From: Negaprion brevirostris | Lineage: Eukaryota | Length of the DNA: 64,000 nt | Assembly (NCBI GenBank): GCA_030324005.1 | Contig: JARDVH010000163.1 | Coordinates: 26,425,324-26,489,323 of the forward strand | Reading direction: 5' to 3' | Shown: piece by piece, positions 45,601 to 59,024 of the stretch | Layout: the number at the start of each line of letters is the position of its first letter | How positions within the stretch are numbered: the first letter of the stretch is position 1 | The notes under the pieces: generated by a model | Seen by the model: only the letters and a program-made list of their open reading frames with translations | Database searches by the model: none | Told to the model about the DNA's origin: nothing | Made by a program: the position numbers and the translations under genes

Positions 45601-48600
45601 AAATTACAAATTCTTCCAGTTACAAATCCACTGACAACTTTTCTGACGGAGCAACTTGAAATTAATAGCAATAACAAATGAGGAGAAACACTGTTCGAGC
45701 TAAGAGTACGCCTTGCTCACTCTAATTGTCCCCCCACTCTTTCAAAGGCTTACAAAAGGATGGTATCATCCTTAACCCTTTGTTAAGCTGTCAATACCAT
45801 GTTGATGTTCCTGCTGTTGCACATTTTTTTACAAAAAGCTACCCGAATTTTGCCAAGGAATTCTTAAACCGTTTTAATGAATCGGTTCTGAAAACCTTAA
45901 TCAAATCGACTACCAGTAGTGTATTTAACTCCACACGTGACTTTACTAGGAACAGCTGAATCGATGAAAGGGTTTGCACTGTCCATTTCTGCTGATCTAT
46001 GAGCTTTAGTTCCGAACTGTCAGAAATCATATGTTCTAACTTTACAAAATGCAATTACCTATCTGTTTCAAAGTAAGTTGTGATGCGAAACTGTACACAT
46101 TTTGGAATAATTGCCAAATAATATGTCGGCGTATTCTAGTACCAGATAATAGTCATGATCTGTATTCAGTGGGATTCGTTTAAACGGGGTCAAAGTGGAA
46201 GCTTTTGGAAATTTGTTTTAGGACATTTTTTTAAAAGTTCGCCCCTATTTAATGCGATACAATCCCATTTCGCTTCAGAGCAACCGACGCGCTGCGAGTT
46301 GCAACGAGCTCAGATTTGCATGCCCAAAGAAACTGGGGAGCAGATAAAGATTGTTGTGAGACCACGCATCCAACCCGAAGAAGAAGCAGCAATAGTTTGA
46401 TATTATCAGTTGCGGCGTTTAAAACGTGCGTCTGAAAACTTTACTGCCCCACAAAGTATCCCAATATTTCTGTCCCAACCAGACGCAAAAAAACCCAATC
46501 CGTGATACTGGGAGCAGACAGCCACACAGAATTCCATATTAGCTTGCGTGCAGAGAAAGAGGAGATTCTACAACACCGGCCCCCATTGTTCTCCAGATCC
46601 CTCCCAATTTCAAGCTTGACTTACACATCCAAAGTTTGTTTGTTAATGACGCCGTTACCATCTGCCTCGTTCCGCTTTCCAAAATAGTAAATCTCCCCTA
46701 AATTTGTCAAGAATTGCAGGGGAAAAAAACATTTTTTATTTAAAACGACCTAAAACAAAGGAAACATTGGACTCTTTCCCTGATACTTGCGTGTTAACCG
46801 TTAAACAATAGTATATTCCGCGGAAAGTAAATGGCATACAAAGTTCAGAAGTTGACGACCGTTCCGATTTTCAAATCATTGTTTTGCTTTTTNNNNNNNN
46901 NNNNNNNNNNNNNNNNNNNNNNNNNNNNNNNNNNNNNNNNNNNNNNNNNNNNNNNNNNNNNNNNNNNNNNNNNNNNNNNNNNNNNNNNNNNNCCGTTCCG
47001 ATTTTCAAATCATTTTTTTGCTTTTTTAAAAAAGTAACGCGTCGTAAATTAATGAACCCTCCTCCTCTTACCCCCCCCCCCCCCGCCCCCAATCTCTGAG
47101 TATGACTTGAAACGGGAAAGTGAGTGAAGTAGCCATAAATTAGACAGGCAGTGGGGCAGACTGGGTGATCATTCAAGATACTAAATGAATACACCCAAAG
47201 GAAAGGCTTGTCACTATTTTACCCTTCATCTTCGCACACACACAAAAAAAGACCGAAATCTGTTCCCTTGCTTGCTGAAGCTATACGTCGTCGGAGATTC
47301 GCATTTTGCGTCTGTTTGCGAGTAATGTCATCTCAACGGTTCGGTGTCTCTTTTTTTGCATTGAAAAGCGATTGAGGTCTTGTGTGCTTTTCGCATAAAA
47401 GCTTGACAAAAGTTGAGATGGTTTATGTATTGGCCCCACAATGGGTCTATTTATCCGCTGCGCGCAGCCTGAGCCTTCAGTGAATTGGAAAACGGAGTCA
47501 AACTCAACCCCGATCGCGTGGTCTTGTTTACAACCCCCAGTAGCCCAGATAAAGCCATGAAAGAAATGAAAACGATGTACACGCCGAAAATGCATAGTTC
47601 ATGTCTTTGTGCAAAAGTTAGAAAGACTCCTTGGCAGCTTAATAGGGGAAGAGGGCAGTCAGATCCTATATTCATCAGCTTCGAAACAGATGGTATTTCG
47701 TGTTGCTTTTTCAGTTTCCCACTTGTTGGTCTGCTACTGTTAGGAAGACCAGATCNNNNNNNNNNNNNNNNNNNNNNNNNNNNNNNNNNNNNNNNNNNNN
47801 NNNNNNNNNNNNNNNNNNNNNNNNNNNNNNNNNNNNNNNNNNNNNNNNNNNNNNNNNNNNNNNNNNNNNNNNNNNNNNNNNNNNNNNNNNNNNNNNNNNN
47901 NNNNNNNNNNNNNNNNNNNNNNNNNNNNNNNNNNNNNNNNNNNNNNNNNNNNNNNNNNNNNNNNNNNNNNNNGAATTTTAGTGATTCCCAAATACCGTTA
48001 GAGCCAGGACAACAACTTATGGCAATGAAGAAAACTCATGTACACATAGTCAGTCAGCAAAACGTTATTTAAATTCCACCTGATCGATAGAATTCTTCCT
48101 TTGGCATTATTAACTTGGACGTTAAAATACACACTAACCAGGAGAATTCAGAAACACTTAGCAAACATTCCTTAGTGCCAGGCAGTGATAAGAGAAGGTT
48201 TTCAAACTGTGATATTACTTCACGTGTACTGTGTAGCCAGAAATATTAACAGGGAAACTTAAGCCTGTTGTGCATGGAGTACCTGTCTCTCCATCAAAAT
48301 TGTTAATTAATTGTTAATTAATTGTATTACAGCGTGGTTATTGAATTTGCACTTTTTTGCTGCAAACCTCTGTCAGATTCGAAACATTTTTTAACTACAT
48401 GAAAATTAAACATACATAAGTATCACTTGGGTCCATACATTTGATTTGTTTTTGATCATTATCTGAACTGCTGTACAATCTACGCGTATTTCGATATAAG
48501 AAGGTAAATCCATTTCTTATTAATCACCATGGCTTGAATCTTAATGTTAAATTTACTCAATTATTCGCATGACTTCACTTAAACAGTAATTTCTGTTATC

Positions 48601-51600
48601 CAGCTGTCCACCTATTCTTTAACTGCTGCCAGAAGTTGAAACTCGATTATGTTGAATCTATAGTCCCCTTTAGTTTTTCACGACCTGATTAATGCTTCCG
48701 TGTGGTCCCTATACAAGCACTGAATCATATTCTTTTTCTGCCTTCTCTATCGCAGGCAGCACCGGAATGCACTGGGACTTTATCTTCTATTTATCCTAGA
48801 GGTTGCTTTGGAACCCTGTCATCAAAGTACAGCATAATTGTAAACTCGTGCGTTGCACCGAATTATCTGTAGCAACACCACTACCTGGTAATTTAGCTTC
48901 AATACCCCAATATATTACTTGCAAATAACAATGATGTGTTCTGAATTTGACTTATTACATAGGACACGTTTGTTTCCCCTGCATATTTCTTGCTAAGCTG
49001 AAAAGTTTGCCTACCAATTTATTTTGAAAGACCCCCCCCCCAAACCCCCGAAGGCCAATGGATCTTAGGTTAGGTTTCCATGTGGACACATTTTATTTAA
49101 TGTTAAGGATGAACCATATAGGAGATATTCTGGAAATAACCAATACCTGAAATTATATACATATATATAATATCCCACAAATCTGTTCCGGAACATTTTG
49201 CCCAGGTAGCTGACATTGTCAACATTATGGCCCTTAAGTCTAACTAAAAACATTCTCTGTTTCTTGGTGAGTTTCAACCAATACATTGAATATATTGGCT
49301 TACTGCACAATGTAGTGCACATTGTTTACTGAAGGAAACTAGTATGGGTTAAATAATGTCCTGGTCCTGTTTGTGTATCGTAATTAATCTCCGTGATAAT
49401 TTTCCAGTCTACAGACTGGTGTTTGTCCAACGTGTAATAGTGGAGTACTGTGTCGGTATAATTGCCTTAAATGTACTTTGCCAGAACTCACTACTCTTGG
49501 TCTCCCTCCTGCACACTAGCAAACTGGATTAAGTAGCATCACTAGTGTTGAGCAAGCCCATCGAACTGGGCAACATCATCAAATTTCTCATTAATTTTTA
49601 CAGGCAGCTGCTGCAGCACAACTTGAAGCTGGTCTTTCCGCTCTGAGCACGACTAGGAAGTTGATGGCCGAAATCTGTTGCAAGGAGACCGCCCTGCAGA
49701 AGCACATGCAATCGCTGAGATTCAGACATTGCACGTTATTGTAAATAACGCGGGTTCACACGCTTATCAAGTAACGGCAGAACAACCAAGCCATTTTAAT
49801 CAAGCGGTTATCGTAACCATCATGGAGATCAGAGCGCTATCACTGTGGGGTTCGTCATTGTGCTTCTACTGAAATGACAGCTCTCTGACTAATGGGGACC
49901 AGTCAGTGGATGAGATTTCAGTCCCCTGGACTAAAATTCACGCATTACCATTTCATTAAAACACACAGAAAGAAAGCATTGCCTTTTAAGCAGTTATTAA
50001 GACTGATGCCTAATTGTGCAGCCTGGGTCCAAAAATAAATTGCAAAGAACTCCCCAAAGTCTTTTTCCGAACCTTCCCGAGTATTGGAAACTCACTGGAA
50101 TCAAAGCTGCGTTCAACTTTTTTTTGAAACCGTTACTTTAACGATAACAGTGTAAAAAATATTGTCTTACTTAATATTCCACAGACGGCGCCCGTTTTCG
50201 ATGCTCCGGTCAGTCCCACCTGTCTGAGCATTTCAAAGATGACCCAAACTATATTTTCACACTGACTTATTCAGAAAAAAGTAAATTTCTGTTTATGATA
50301 ATTTTTTTCTCTGGAAAAACAGTTGCTGGCTCGCCTAGGTTTTGCTAGTTACCAAGTTGTCCCATGTTACAGCAGTTGAAATTACTGATAAAATGTTAAG
50401 TGAACTGTAGGTTTGATTCTTAAACGTGTTTGAATTCAACTTTTTTATAGGATTACAAAAGGTATTTTCTGTGTTACTACAGGATGTAAAATGTTTGGCA
50501 GTGTCTATCTCAAGCCCAGTGACTGAAACTTGAATTCTTTAAAGTATCTAATCCTCAATGTTTTACTCAAGTGTTCCATTGTTACTTATAAAGGGTAGAT
50601 ATTCACTTAAAACACCAATTGATCAAAAGGAGACATTCCCCATGTCATGAATATGGTATTTTTAAGCAAGTGCAACGTTTGTTTTTAAGTTCGAATTTGT
50701 TATGTATAACGCAGTAACCAAAACACTTTAAAGACAAGATCGCATTACGTTTACTTGGGGGGGAAACTGATCGTACGTTCTGCTCATTTCGTTTATATTC
50801 CATGTTCCTGAAGTGAATTAGAATGTGTTTATTTTCCATTTGGGGAAGGTTAGAAACAAGTTTCAAATGAGACTGACAAAAGCAATACTTCTCAAGACAC
50901 ATTTGTATTAGAGAACACAGGCAATTTTATACGCATTGTCATTTGAAGTTCACACACCAAATTATCCCAAACGCTGAAACCCCAAACTTCCTCAAATGAC
51001 AACTCACGTTATCATTTTAGGAAAAGGCGGGCTGAAGATCTGTGACAGCTGAGGCTCTCCCATCGATTATATGCCAGTCTGGGTCATTTACGGTGCTGTA
51101 CGCGAAGAATTATAGATATCACACAAGACATCACCTTTCAGACACAATTTGAGATTAGAAACGAGCAAATTTGTCAAGGGACGGTGTATCAGATTTGCCT
51201 AACCGATATATCAGCTGGTTGCCCTTCTAGTCCACGCTTCACCATCTAACCCTGCTGGTGCAAGACAGCTTAAGGTAGAAATCTTCCCCACTTGAACTCT
51301 GTTAAGAAAATGCGCTGGTTGAAATTTTCTGTAATAGTTCTGTTAATCTTTCAAAGGTCGCTCCATCATTTGGCAGTAATGCGTACAAACAAAGAGAACA
51401 CTGAAATGTTCTTATATTGATTATTTGTCACCGTGCATTTGTCACTTTCAATAACTTTTCCAGAAGTTTTACTTACGGGCACTTGAGCTTTTAGATTAGC
51501 TCAGCTCTTTGTATTTCGGAGTAGTTTTGCGCCAAAGGCTTAATTATACAGTGTCCTACTTCCGAGTGGCCAAATCCTGAAGCAGACCATTGTGATAGCC

Positions 51601-52789
51601 ATCATAAAGCGAAAAGCATTAATATGTGGCACCATTAATCTGCTCTCAGTTCAAGTAATACCACCCTACAGCATTCTTCATCCAGATCGATACAAGTCTT
51701 TGCATAAACCATTGTACTTCCAGTCTTATTACCTTAAAGTCTTACATTTGTCCTGCCTTTTTTTTTAACTTTCCCTGTTATATTTTCCCAACCATTTCCC
51801 AACCTCAGAAGCGTATTCCTTCTTTTAATTTACTTAAAGCTAACAGTCCACTTCTCTTCACCTCTCCTGGTTTTCTTTCGAATGTCTTTGTTTCAATGAC
51901 CATGTCTGTGCGGGCACTGTGAACCACTGTGTCACCAATACAAGCGATTTTTTACACTGCTAGAAGTACCACGTGAATAACAAATACAATTCTGGCATTT
52001 ACCTGAGTCGTTCCAATCACCGACAAGGAAGGAAGTTAGTGAAATGTAATTTTATGTTGGAAAAAGCAANNNNNNNNNNNNNNNNNNNNNNNNNNNNNNN
52101 NNNNNNNNNNNNNNNNNNNNNNNNNNNNNGACTTGAAACGTGCTTAAAATACACACACACACGGAAAAGAATGGGAATGTCAGGTGGAAAAACAATGGAG
52201 AGACGAAAGGCTAACGTGAAATCCGGAATTTATCTGATGGATAGTTCACTGGCAACAGCTAAGATGTGCGGATCATATCCACTATAAGACTGCATTGTCT
52301 ATGGGAGGGAGATAACCATCAGGTGCCTGCAGTCATTTCTTAACTGCCCGATCCATTATCATTCAGTCCAAAGCTTGCAGGGCAGCAGGCAAAACTCATC
52401 AGTCTCAGATCTCGGTCACCAGGGAGCAGACCGGACTCTATTATGGCCCCAAACCACCTTTGAACTTGACAATTTAAAGTACTTTGCTGCACTTAATGTA
52501 ACAACAAACCAATTAAGAAGTAGCACAAAGCCCCCTGATACTTACAATCCAGAAAGTGTGTTGACCACTTTGATTACTTTTCGGAATAAAACTTATTTTG
52601 TTCAAACTTTGCTTCTTAAATGTACGAGTGTGATTGTATACACACACACACACTTTTCTTTTGTCTCAATGCTATGTCTCCTGTCATTGTAAAGACTGTT
52701 GGTATAAGCAGGTGTGTGTCAGCTGGTGCAGGAAGGGGCAGGTTCCACACACTGCACTGGGGAAACTTTTAACAGGAGATGCCTTCACT

Positions 52790-53400
52790 TTATTAGAGTG
52801 ACGTTTATTAATAGAAGCGAAAATAAAGGTCAGGCATAAGCATCAAATCATTTGGTTACTGCACTGGATTTCCGAGAAAGCAGCTGCCGGAGACAGTATT
52901 GGGATGACGCTGGCGCTGCTCAGAATCATTACCACACGGTAGGTTGCAAAAACAAAAAAAATCTTTTCTCCTGTGTGTGTTTTTTTTTTATTGTGGTAAC
53001 TAGGATAAGCTTGGGGTGCCCAGTCACCACGGTAACTGCCAGAAAAATTGTGCTGAAGTTTGAAGGGGTCAGGCGACAGGGTCAACAACTCTGGCCTCTT
53101 CCTGCGATAGCTTTGCCACCTAATATCCACGAGTGGCGATGGCAGGCCGAGCCGGGGCTAGCCCTGGGAGGTAAGGCCGCCAGAGCGCTGACAAAAATTG
53201 TCTGAGTCAGTTCACGGACTGGGCTCTCCAGGTGGCCTGTGAAATCGATTTTGACCCCCATGACCCTGTCTAGCAGAGGAATGGAAGCCAGCATAGCCGG
53301 GGATTTAGCTGGGCAAGACAGATTTACATTAAGTATTTGGGGCAGCCTTAAAGCTTCAAGGAGAAAGAGGAAGGTGGGTTCACGTGACCTCGAAAAGTAG
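52790..53400. promoter_or_regulatory. GC-rich candidate enhancer at the right edge of the TE-poor domain
   Basis: Local CpG enrichment, eight nuclear-receptor half-sites, AP-1 TGAGTCA 53203, E-box CACGTG 53381. Confidence 0.4.
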
Positions 53401-53889
53401 GTGCAGCTCCGACGAGTCCCAGATATTTACAGTGACATTTCGATTTCTGGACAAATAGTACTTTGTGTTTGTCTTTTCATTAAGCCTAAAAGGAAAACTA
53501 TTTTAGTGGGCTTGCAGTTCCCGCCCCCGACTAAGTACCTGCTTCTGGCCTGGTTTGTTGGCCAGTATTGAAGGTGAGCAGTCTTGCTTTGCCTACAATA
53601 AAATTAAACAGGATTAAAAGAGTACTGTCTTCATGGGGAATAAATTGTTTAGCAAACCATTCATGTCACCATTATGCAATATCATTGCTAAAAGAGATAA
53701 AGTTTATCATGTACTTTACATGAACAATATTTTCTTAAAGAGCCATTTTACATTGTCCAATGTGTAAATATGTACAACTTTAAAGGAAAATTACCTATAA
53801 AACTTTGAATTTAACTTTTCTCAGCCTGAAACATTTTACCGATTTTTACAAAATATATTTATATTAACACAAAACTAAACACACTAATA

Positions 53890-55125
53890 ACTACAAGAGG
53901 ATATAGGTAACTGCATAGAAGAAGGATATTCAGCCTCTTGCATCTATGGCAGCTCTCTGCAAGAGCAACTCAGCTAGTTACACACCCTCACCCTTCCCTG
54001 TAGGCAGGCAAATTGTTTCCATTCAGGTGCTTATCCAATTCCATCTTAAAAGCTAGGATTGTATCTGCCTCCTCCGTACACTCAGATGATGCATTCCAGA
54101 TCCTCATTATCCACTGTGTACAAAAGGTTACCCTCATGCTGCCGTATACTTTAAACCAGTGTCCTCTAGTTCTTGACCAATTTCTCCCTGTCTGCTCCCT
54201 ATCTGTCTGCGGTATGGCGGCACAGTGGTTAGCACTGCTACCTCATAGTGTCAGAGACCCAGATTTGATTCCCAGCTTGGATCACTGTCTGTGTGGAGTC
54301 TGTATGTTCTCACCATGTCTGTGTGAGTTTCCTCCGGGTGCTTCGGTTTCCTCCCACAGTCTGAAAAATGTGTTGGTTAGGTGNNNNNNNNNNNNNNNNN
54401 NNNNNNNNNNNNNNNNNNNNNNNNNNNNNNNNNNNNNNNNNNNNNNNNNNNNNNNNNNNNNNNNNNNNNNNNNNNNNNNNNNNNNATCTTATTGAATGGC
54501 AGGGCAGGCTCGAAGGGCTAGATGGCCTACTCCTGCTCCTATTTCTTATGTTCTTATGTTAATTCCGGCCTTGGGTGACCATCTATGTGGATGCACATTC
54601 TCTCTGAGTCTGCCTGGGTTTCCTCCTGGTGCTCCTGTTTTCTCCCACTCCAAAGATGTGCATATTAAATGGCCACACTAAATTTGACCTTAGTGTCTCA
54701 AGATGCGTAGGTTAGATGGATTAGCCATGGTAAATGTAGAGGGGGGAATAAGATCCTGGGTATGACACTCAGAGAGTCCGTGCAGACTCAATGGGCTAAA
54801 TGGCCTCCTTCTGCACTGTAGGGGTTCTATGATTCTATGACTAGCTATCCTCATAACTGGTTTCGAGGATGAGGAACTTCATTCTTGTAAATCCTCTGCA
54901 CTCTCAACAAAGTCTCCTATCCTTTCAAAATTGTGGTGCCCAGAACTGGACATGGTGCTCTGGTTGAGGCTGAATCAATGTTTTTTAAAGGTTCATCATA
55001 ACATTTGTGCTTCTTTACACTATGCTTCTACCTACAAAGCCTAGAATACCATATGACTGTTTAATGACAATCTTAATTTGCCCTGCCACTTTCAATGATT
55101 TGTGCATATATATCCCCAGGTCAAG
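53890..55125 (-). mobile_element. CR1 3' fragment interrupted by SINEs
   Basis: Inverted CR1 tail (tattcagcctcttgcatct...gcattccagatcct) resumes at ~54885 (ggtgcccagaactggaca). Confidence 0.7.
54209..54840 (+). mobile_element. Two tandem or nested V-SINE copies (54209-54560, 54561-54840)
   Basis: Two V-domains; tails cctactcctgctcctatttcttatgttcttatg and cctccttctgcactgtaggggttctatgattctatga. Confidence 0.85.
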
Positions 55126-55429
55126 GAAATTTGATATATTTTTTGGGTATATGTATAGCATAATGATTTGTATTTTTTAGAAAAACATTGTTCATTCCTT
55201 TAGTAGAACCCATTCCTTGTCAGCCTTTATTCTAACTTTGATTCTAAAAGGTGGGACTCAAGAAATCTTAATGCCAAAAGTTAATTATGTAAGATTTAGT
55301 GCAAACTAGGAATATAGCAAATGGCGGCATAATCTGAACTGATTCTGACTATATTATAGAACGTTAATTCTTTAGAAGCATAATTATAAATACTGTAAAT
55401 AATGCTGTGTGCATGAATAGCTGCTTTTC

Positions 55430-55640
55430 ATTTCTTCATGGCCTGACGGGTAACTGCATTGCCTGACCCAGACATTGAGCCATTCGGGCCAGTAAGCTCC
55501 AAACTTTGATTCCTGGTTCACTATGAATTATGTAATCTCAACTGGGGTTTTTGAAATAATTAGCCCCCGACCTTTTGGTAATCAAAGGTAAAATCAGCCA
55601 GAATTTCCTCTTCTTATTCTCGTCAAATGATTCCTGCTGA
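55430..55640 (+). mobile_element. Ancient LF-SINE-like relic
   Basis: attgagccattcgggccagtaagctcc...gattcctgg...atctcaactgggg...aaaatcagccagaatttcctcttctt...atgattcctgctg follows the recalled LF-SINE consensus. Confidence 0.5.
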
Positions 55641-55644
55641 TTCC

Positions 55645-55871
55645 TTGATGTTGTGGCCATTTCAGAGACGTGGATAGAGCAGGGTCAGGAATGGATGTTG
55701 NNNNNNNNNNNNNNNNNNNNNNNNNNNNNNNNNNNNNNNNNNNNNNNNNNNNNNNNNNNNNNNNNNNNNNNNNNNNNNNNNNNNNNNNNNNNNNNNNNNN
55801 GGCGCAACATCGTGGGCCGAAGGGCCTGTTCTGCGCTGTAATGTTCTATGTTCTATGTTCTATGTTCTATG
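55645..55871 (+). mobile_element. CR1 pieces flanking a gap: endonuclease start and 3' tail with (TTCTATG)n
   Basis: DVVAISETWIEQGQEWML APE motif; ggcgcaacatcgtgggccgaagggcctgttctgcgctg followed by tandem ttctatg. Confidence 0.8.
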
Positions 55872-56069
55872 TAACAGGTGTACGCGTGCACACTTCTGCT
55901 GACAGATTAGATTTGCCTGTGATGTCTTGATATTTGAATAGCTGTCAACATTAACTGTTTAGTTTTGCATATGAGGATTAACTACCGGGTGAGATACCAG
56001 AGCTCCACTAGTGTCCATAGAACTGTACTTGCATGCGTATTGATCCTGTAAAAAATATATAAATATAAC

Positions 56070-58800
56070 CCGCTCCATCATTCAGTGCAATCATGGCTGA
56101 TCTTCTACTTCAACACCATTTTCCTGCATTATCCCCGTACCCCTCAATGTTTTTAATGTTTCAAAATCTATCAATCTCAGTCTTGAACATACTCAATGAC
56201 TGCATCTCTGCAGACTTGGGCGGCAGAGAATTTCAAAGGTTCATCACCCTCTGAGTGAAGAACTCCTCCTCATCTCAGTTTTAAATAGTCTGCCCCTTAT
56301 TCTGAGATGATGCTGTCTGGTTCTAGAACCCCCAACCAAGAGGAAATATCCTTCCTCCATCCACCTTGTCAAGCCCTGTAAGAATTTTGTATGTTTGAAT
56401 GAGACCATCTCTTGTTCTTCTAGATTCAAGACAATAAAGGCACAGTCTATTTAATCTTCCATTATAGGATAATCCCTCCATCCTAGGAATTAATTTGGTG
56501 AACCTTCATTTCTCTTTTGGCAAAAATATCTTAAGAAGACCAAAATTGTATGTGATATTCCAGGTGTGCTCTCTCCAAGGCATTGCTGTAAGATATCTTT
56601 ACTCCTATACTTAAATCCTCTTGTAAAAAGGCCGACTATCCATTTACTTTCTTAATTGCTTGATGTACCTACATGTTAGCTTTCAGTGACACATAAACAG
56701 GGAGACCATTTAAAGTTCAACACTTCCCAGCCTTTTACCATTCACTATCTATATTTCTGTTTTTCCTACCAAAATGGATAACCTCATATTTCTGCACATT
56801 GTATACCATTTAACAAATCTTTGACCACTTGCTTATTTTGAATCCATGTCAGTATTTGCACTTGCAGAGAATGTGGGTACAAAATCATGGCAAAAATATT
56901 AGTTTAGTTTCTCTGCCATTTACTTATTTCTCTTATAAATTCTCCTGACTCCACTTGTACCTTGCATCATTTTTGCATTCTTCTCACAAATCACTATTTG
57001 ACCTAGTTTTGTGTCATCTGCAAATTTGGAAATATCACATTTAACCCTCACATGCAAATCATCAATATCGGTTGTGAACATCTGGGACCCAAGCACTGAT
57101 CCTTGTATTATCTCATTAGTCACAGCCAACCTGAAAATGACCTATTTATCCATATCCTCTGTTTTCTATCCATTTATCAGTTCACAATCATGTCAGCATA
57201 TGTACCCCAATATCATGTGTTTTAATTTTGTTTACTAACCTCTTGTGTGGGACCTTATCAAAAACTTTCCAAAAATCTAAATATACCATATCCATTTGTT
57301 CCCCCTTATCTATTCTGCTAGTTACATCCTCAAAAACTTCAACATTTGTTAAAACATGATTTTCCCTTCATAAACCCACCCTGACTCTGCAAATTTTTTA
57401 GGTGTTGTGTTATCACATGCTTTATAATAGATTCTAACATTTTTCCCACCACACTTGCCAGGCTAGCAGGCCTGTAGTTTGCTGTTTTCTCTTTTTCTCC
57501 TTTCTTAAATCCTGGGATTTCATTTGCCACTTTCCAATCTGCAGGAACCATTCCAGAATTGATAGAATTTTGAAAGATGACCACCAACTATCTCTGCAGG
57601 CACCTCTTTCAACACTCAAGCACTGGGGCAACTCCTCAACGCATAAGGGGAACCCCCTCAGTGGAGCTCCCAAGAGGTCCTGCCACTGGCAATGCCCCCA
57701 GAGATGCCACCGCATCAGTGCCCAGGCATTGATGGGCATGTCTTTCTCCTGCCAGGGGTTATACTTATCTGTGTGCCCCCAACAGCTTTCCCTTGACTGC
57801 TCTATTTTTGTGAAAAGCAATTGTAAACCTCACCAATGTGATATCACATTGGTGAGGGGGAGTTCCAAAGGTGGGAGATGAAATGGCGAGGAAGCCTGCT
57901 AATCATTAAAATGTATAGAGCTGGCATTACATCATTACATCACCAGTAAGGGGAGGAGAAAATCAGAAACTGAGATCTCACTGGCAGGATTCTTATTTTC
58001 TGATTCACAATATTTTGAATCCATGTCAGTATTTGCACTTGCAGATATTGACATGGCAAAAATATTAGTTTAGTTTCTTTGCCATTTACTTATTTCCCTT
58101 ATAAATTCTCTTGACTCCACTTGTAATGGATCCACATTTGTTTTTGCTAATTTTTTAAACATACCTATAGAAGTTTTTACAGTCCATTTTATATTTCTCA
58201 CCAGCTTACTGTCATATACTTTTCCTTTCTCAAGCATTTTCTTGATCTTCCCTTGCAGAATTCTGAAATACTCTCAATCATCAGGCTTAACATTTTGTTG
58301 ACAATTTTATATGCCTCTTCCTTTGATCTAATGCAATCCTTGATTTCTTTCATTAGCCACAATTAGAACACATTCTTTGATGGGTTTTTGTGCATTAAAG
58401 GAATATATTTTTGTTGTAAACTATGGCAGGAATTTTCCAATCTCACCTGTGACCGGGATTCTCCAGTCCTACTCCATTTGGCTGAGTGCCAAATTCTCTC
58501 TTCCTGCTGGCAGCAGTGGTGGGACAAATGACATCAGAGAATCCTGACTTATGTATTAGTTCTTGAAATGTTAGCCATTGCCTGACTAATATCATAGTTT
58601 TTAACATAGTTTCCCCATCTACAATCCCAGGTTTGCCATTCATACCTTCCTAGTTTCTTCTGTTTAAGTTTATGACCCTAGTCACTGATTGAACTTTTGA
58701 ATGCTTTCAAACTTCATGTAAAATTCTATCATATTATGGTCACTCTTTCCTAAAGGCTTCTTTACATCAAGATTGTTAATTAGTCATTTTTCATTGCACA
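56070..58800 (-). mobile_element. Long decayed CR1 ORF2 with internal non-autonomous DNA-element insertions (~57618-58058, ~58425-58545)
   Basis: QGSVLGSQMFTT...ISKFADDTKLG (56920-57129) and IFQNSINSGMVPADWKVAN...NYRPASLASVVGKMLESII (57339-57587). Confidence 0.92.
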
Positions 58801-59024
58801 ATAATTGTAAGAAAAAGAGAGAGTGGAAGAAGGGTGTGTTGTCTGCCTGGTGCTCGGGTCCGGGATGTCACATCTGGGCTGCAGAGGAACCTGGAGTGGG
58901 AGGGNNNNNNNNNNNNNNNNNNNNNNNNNNNNNNNNNNNNNNNNNNNNNNNNNNNNNNNNNNNNNNNNNNNNNNNNNNNNNNNNNNNNNNNNNNNNNNNN
59001 NNNNAAAAGTTATTCAAGACCTCA

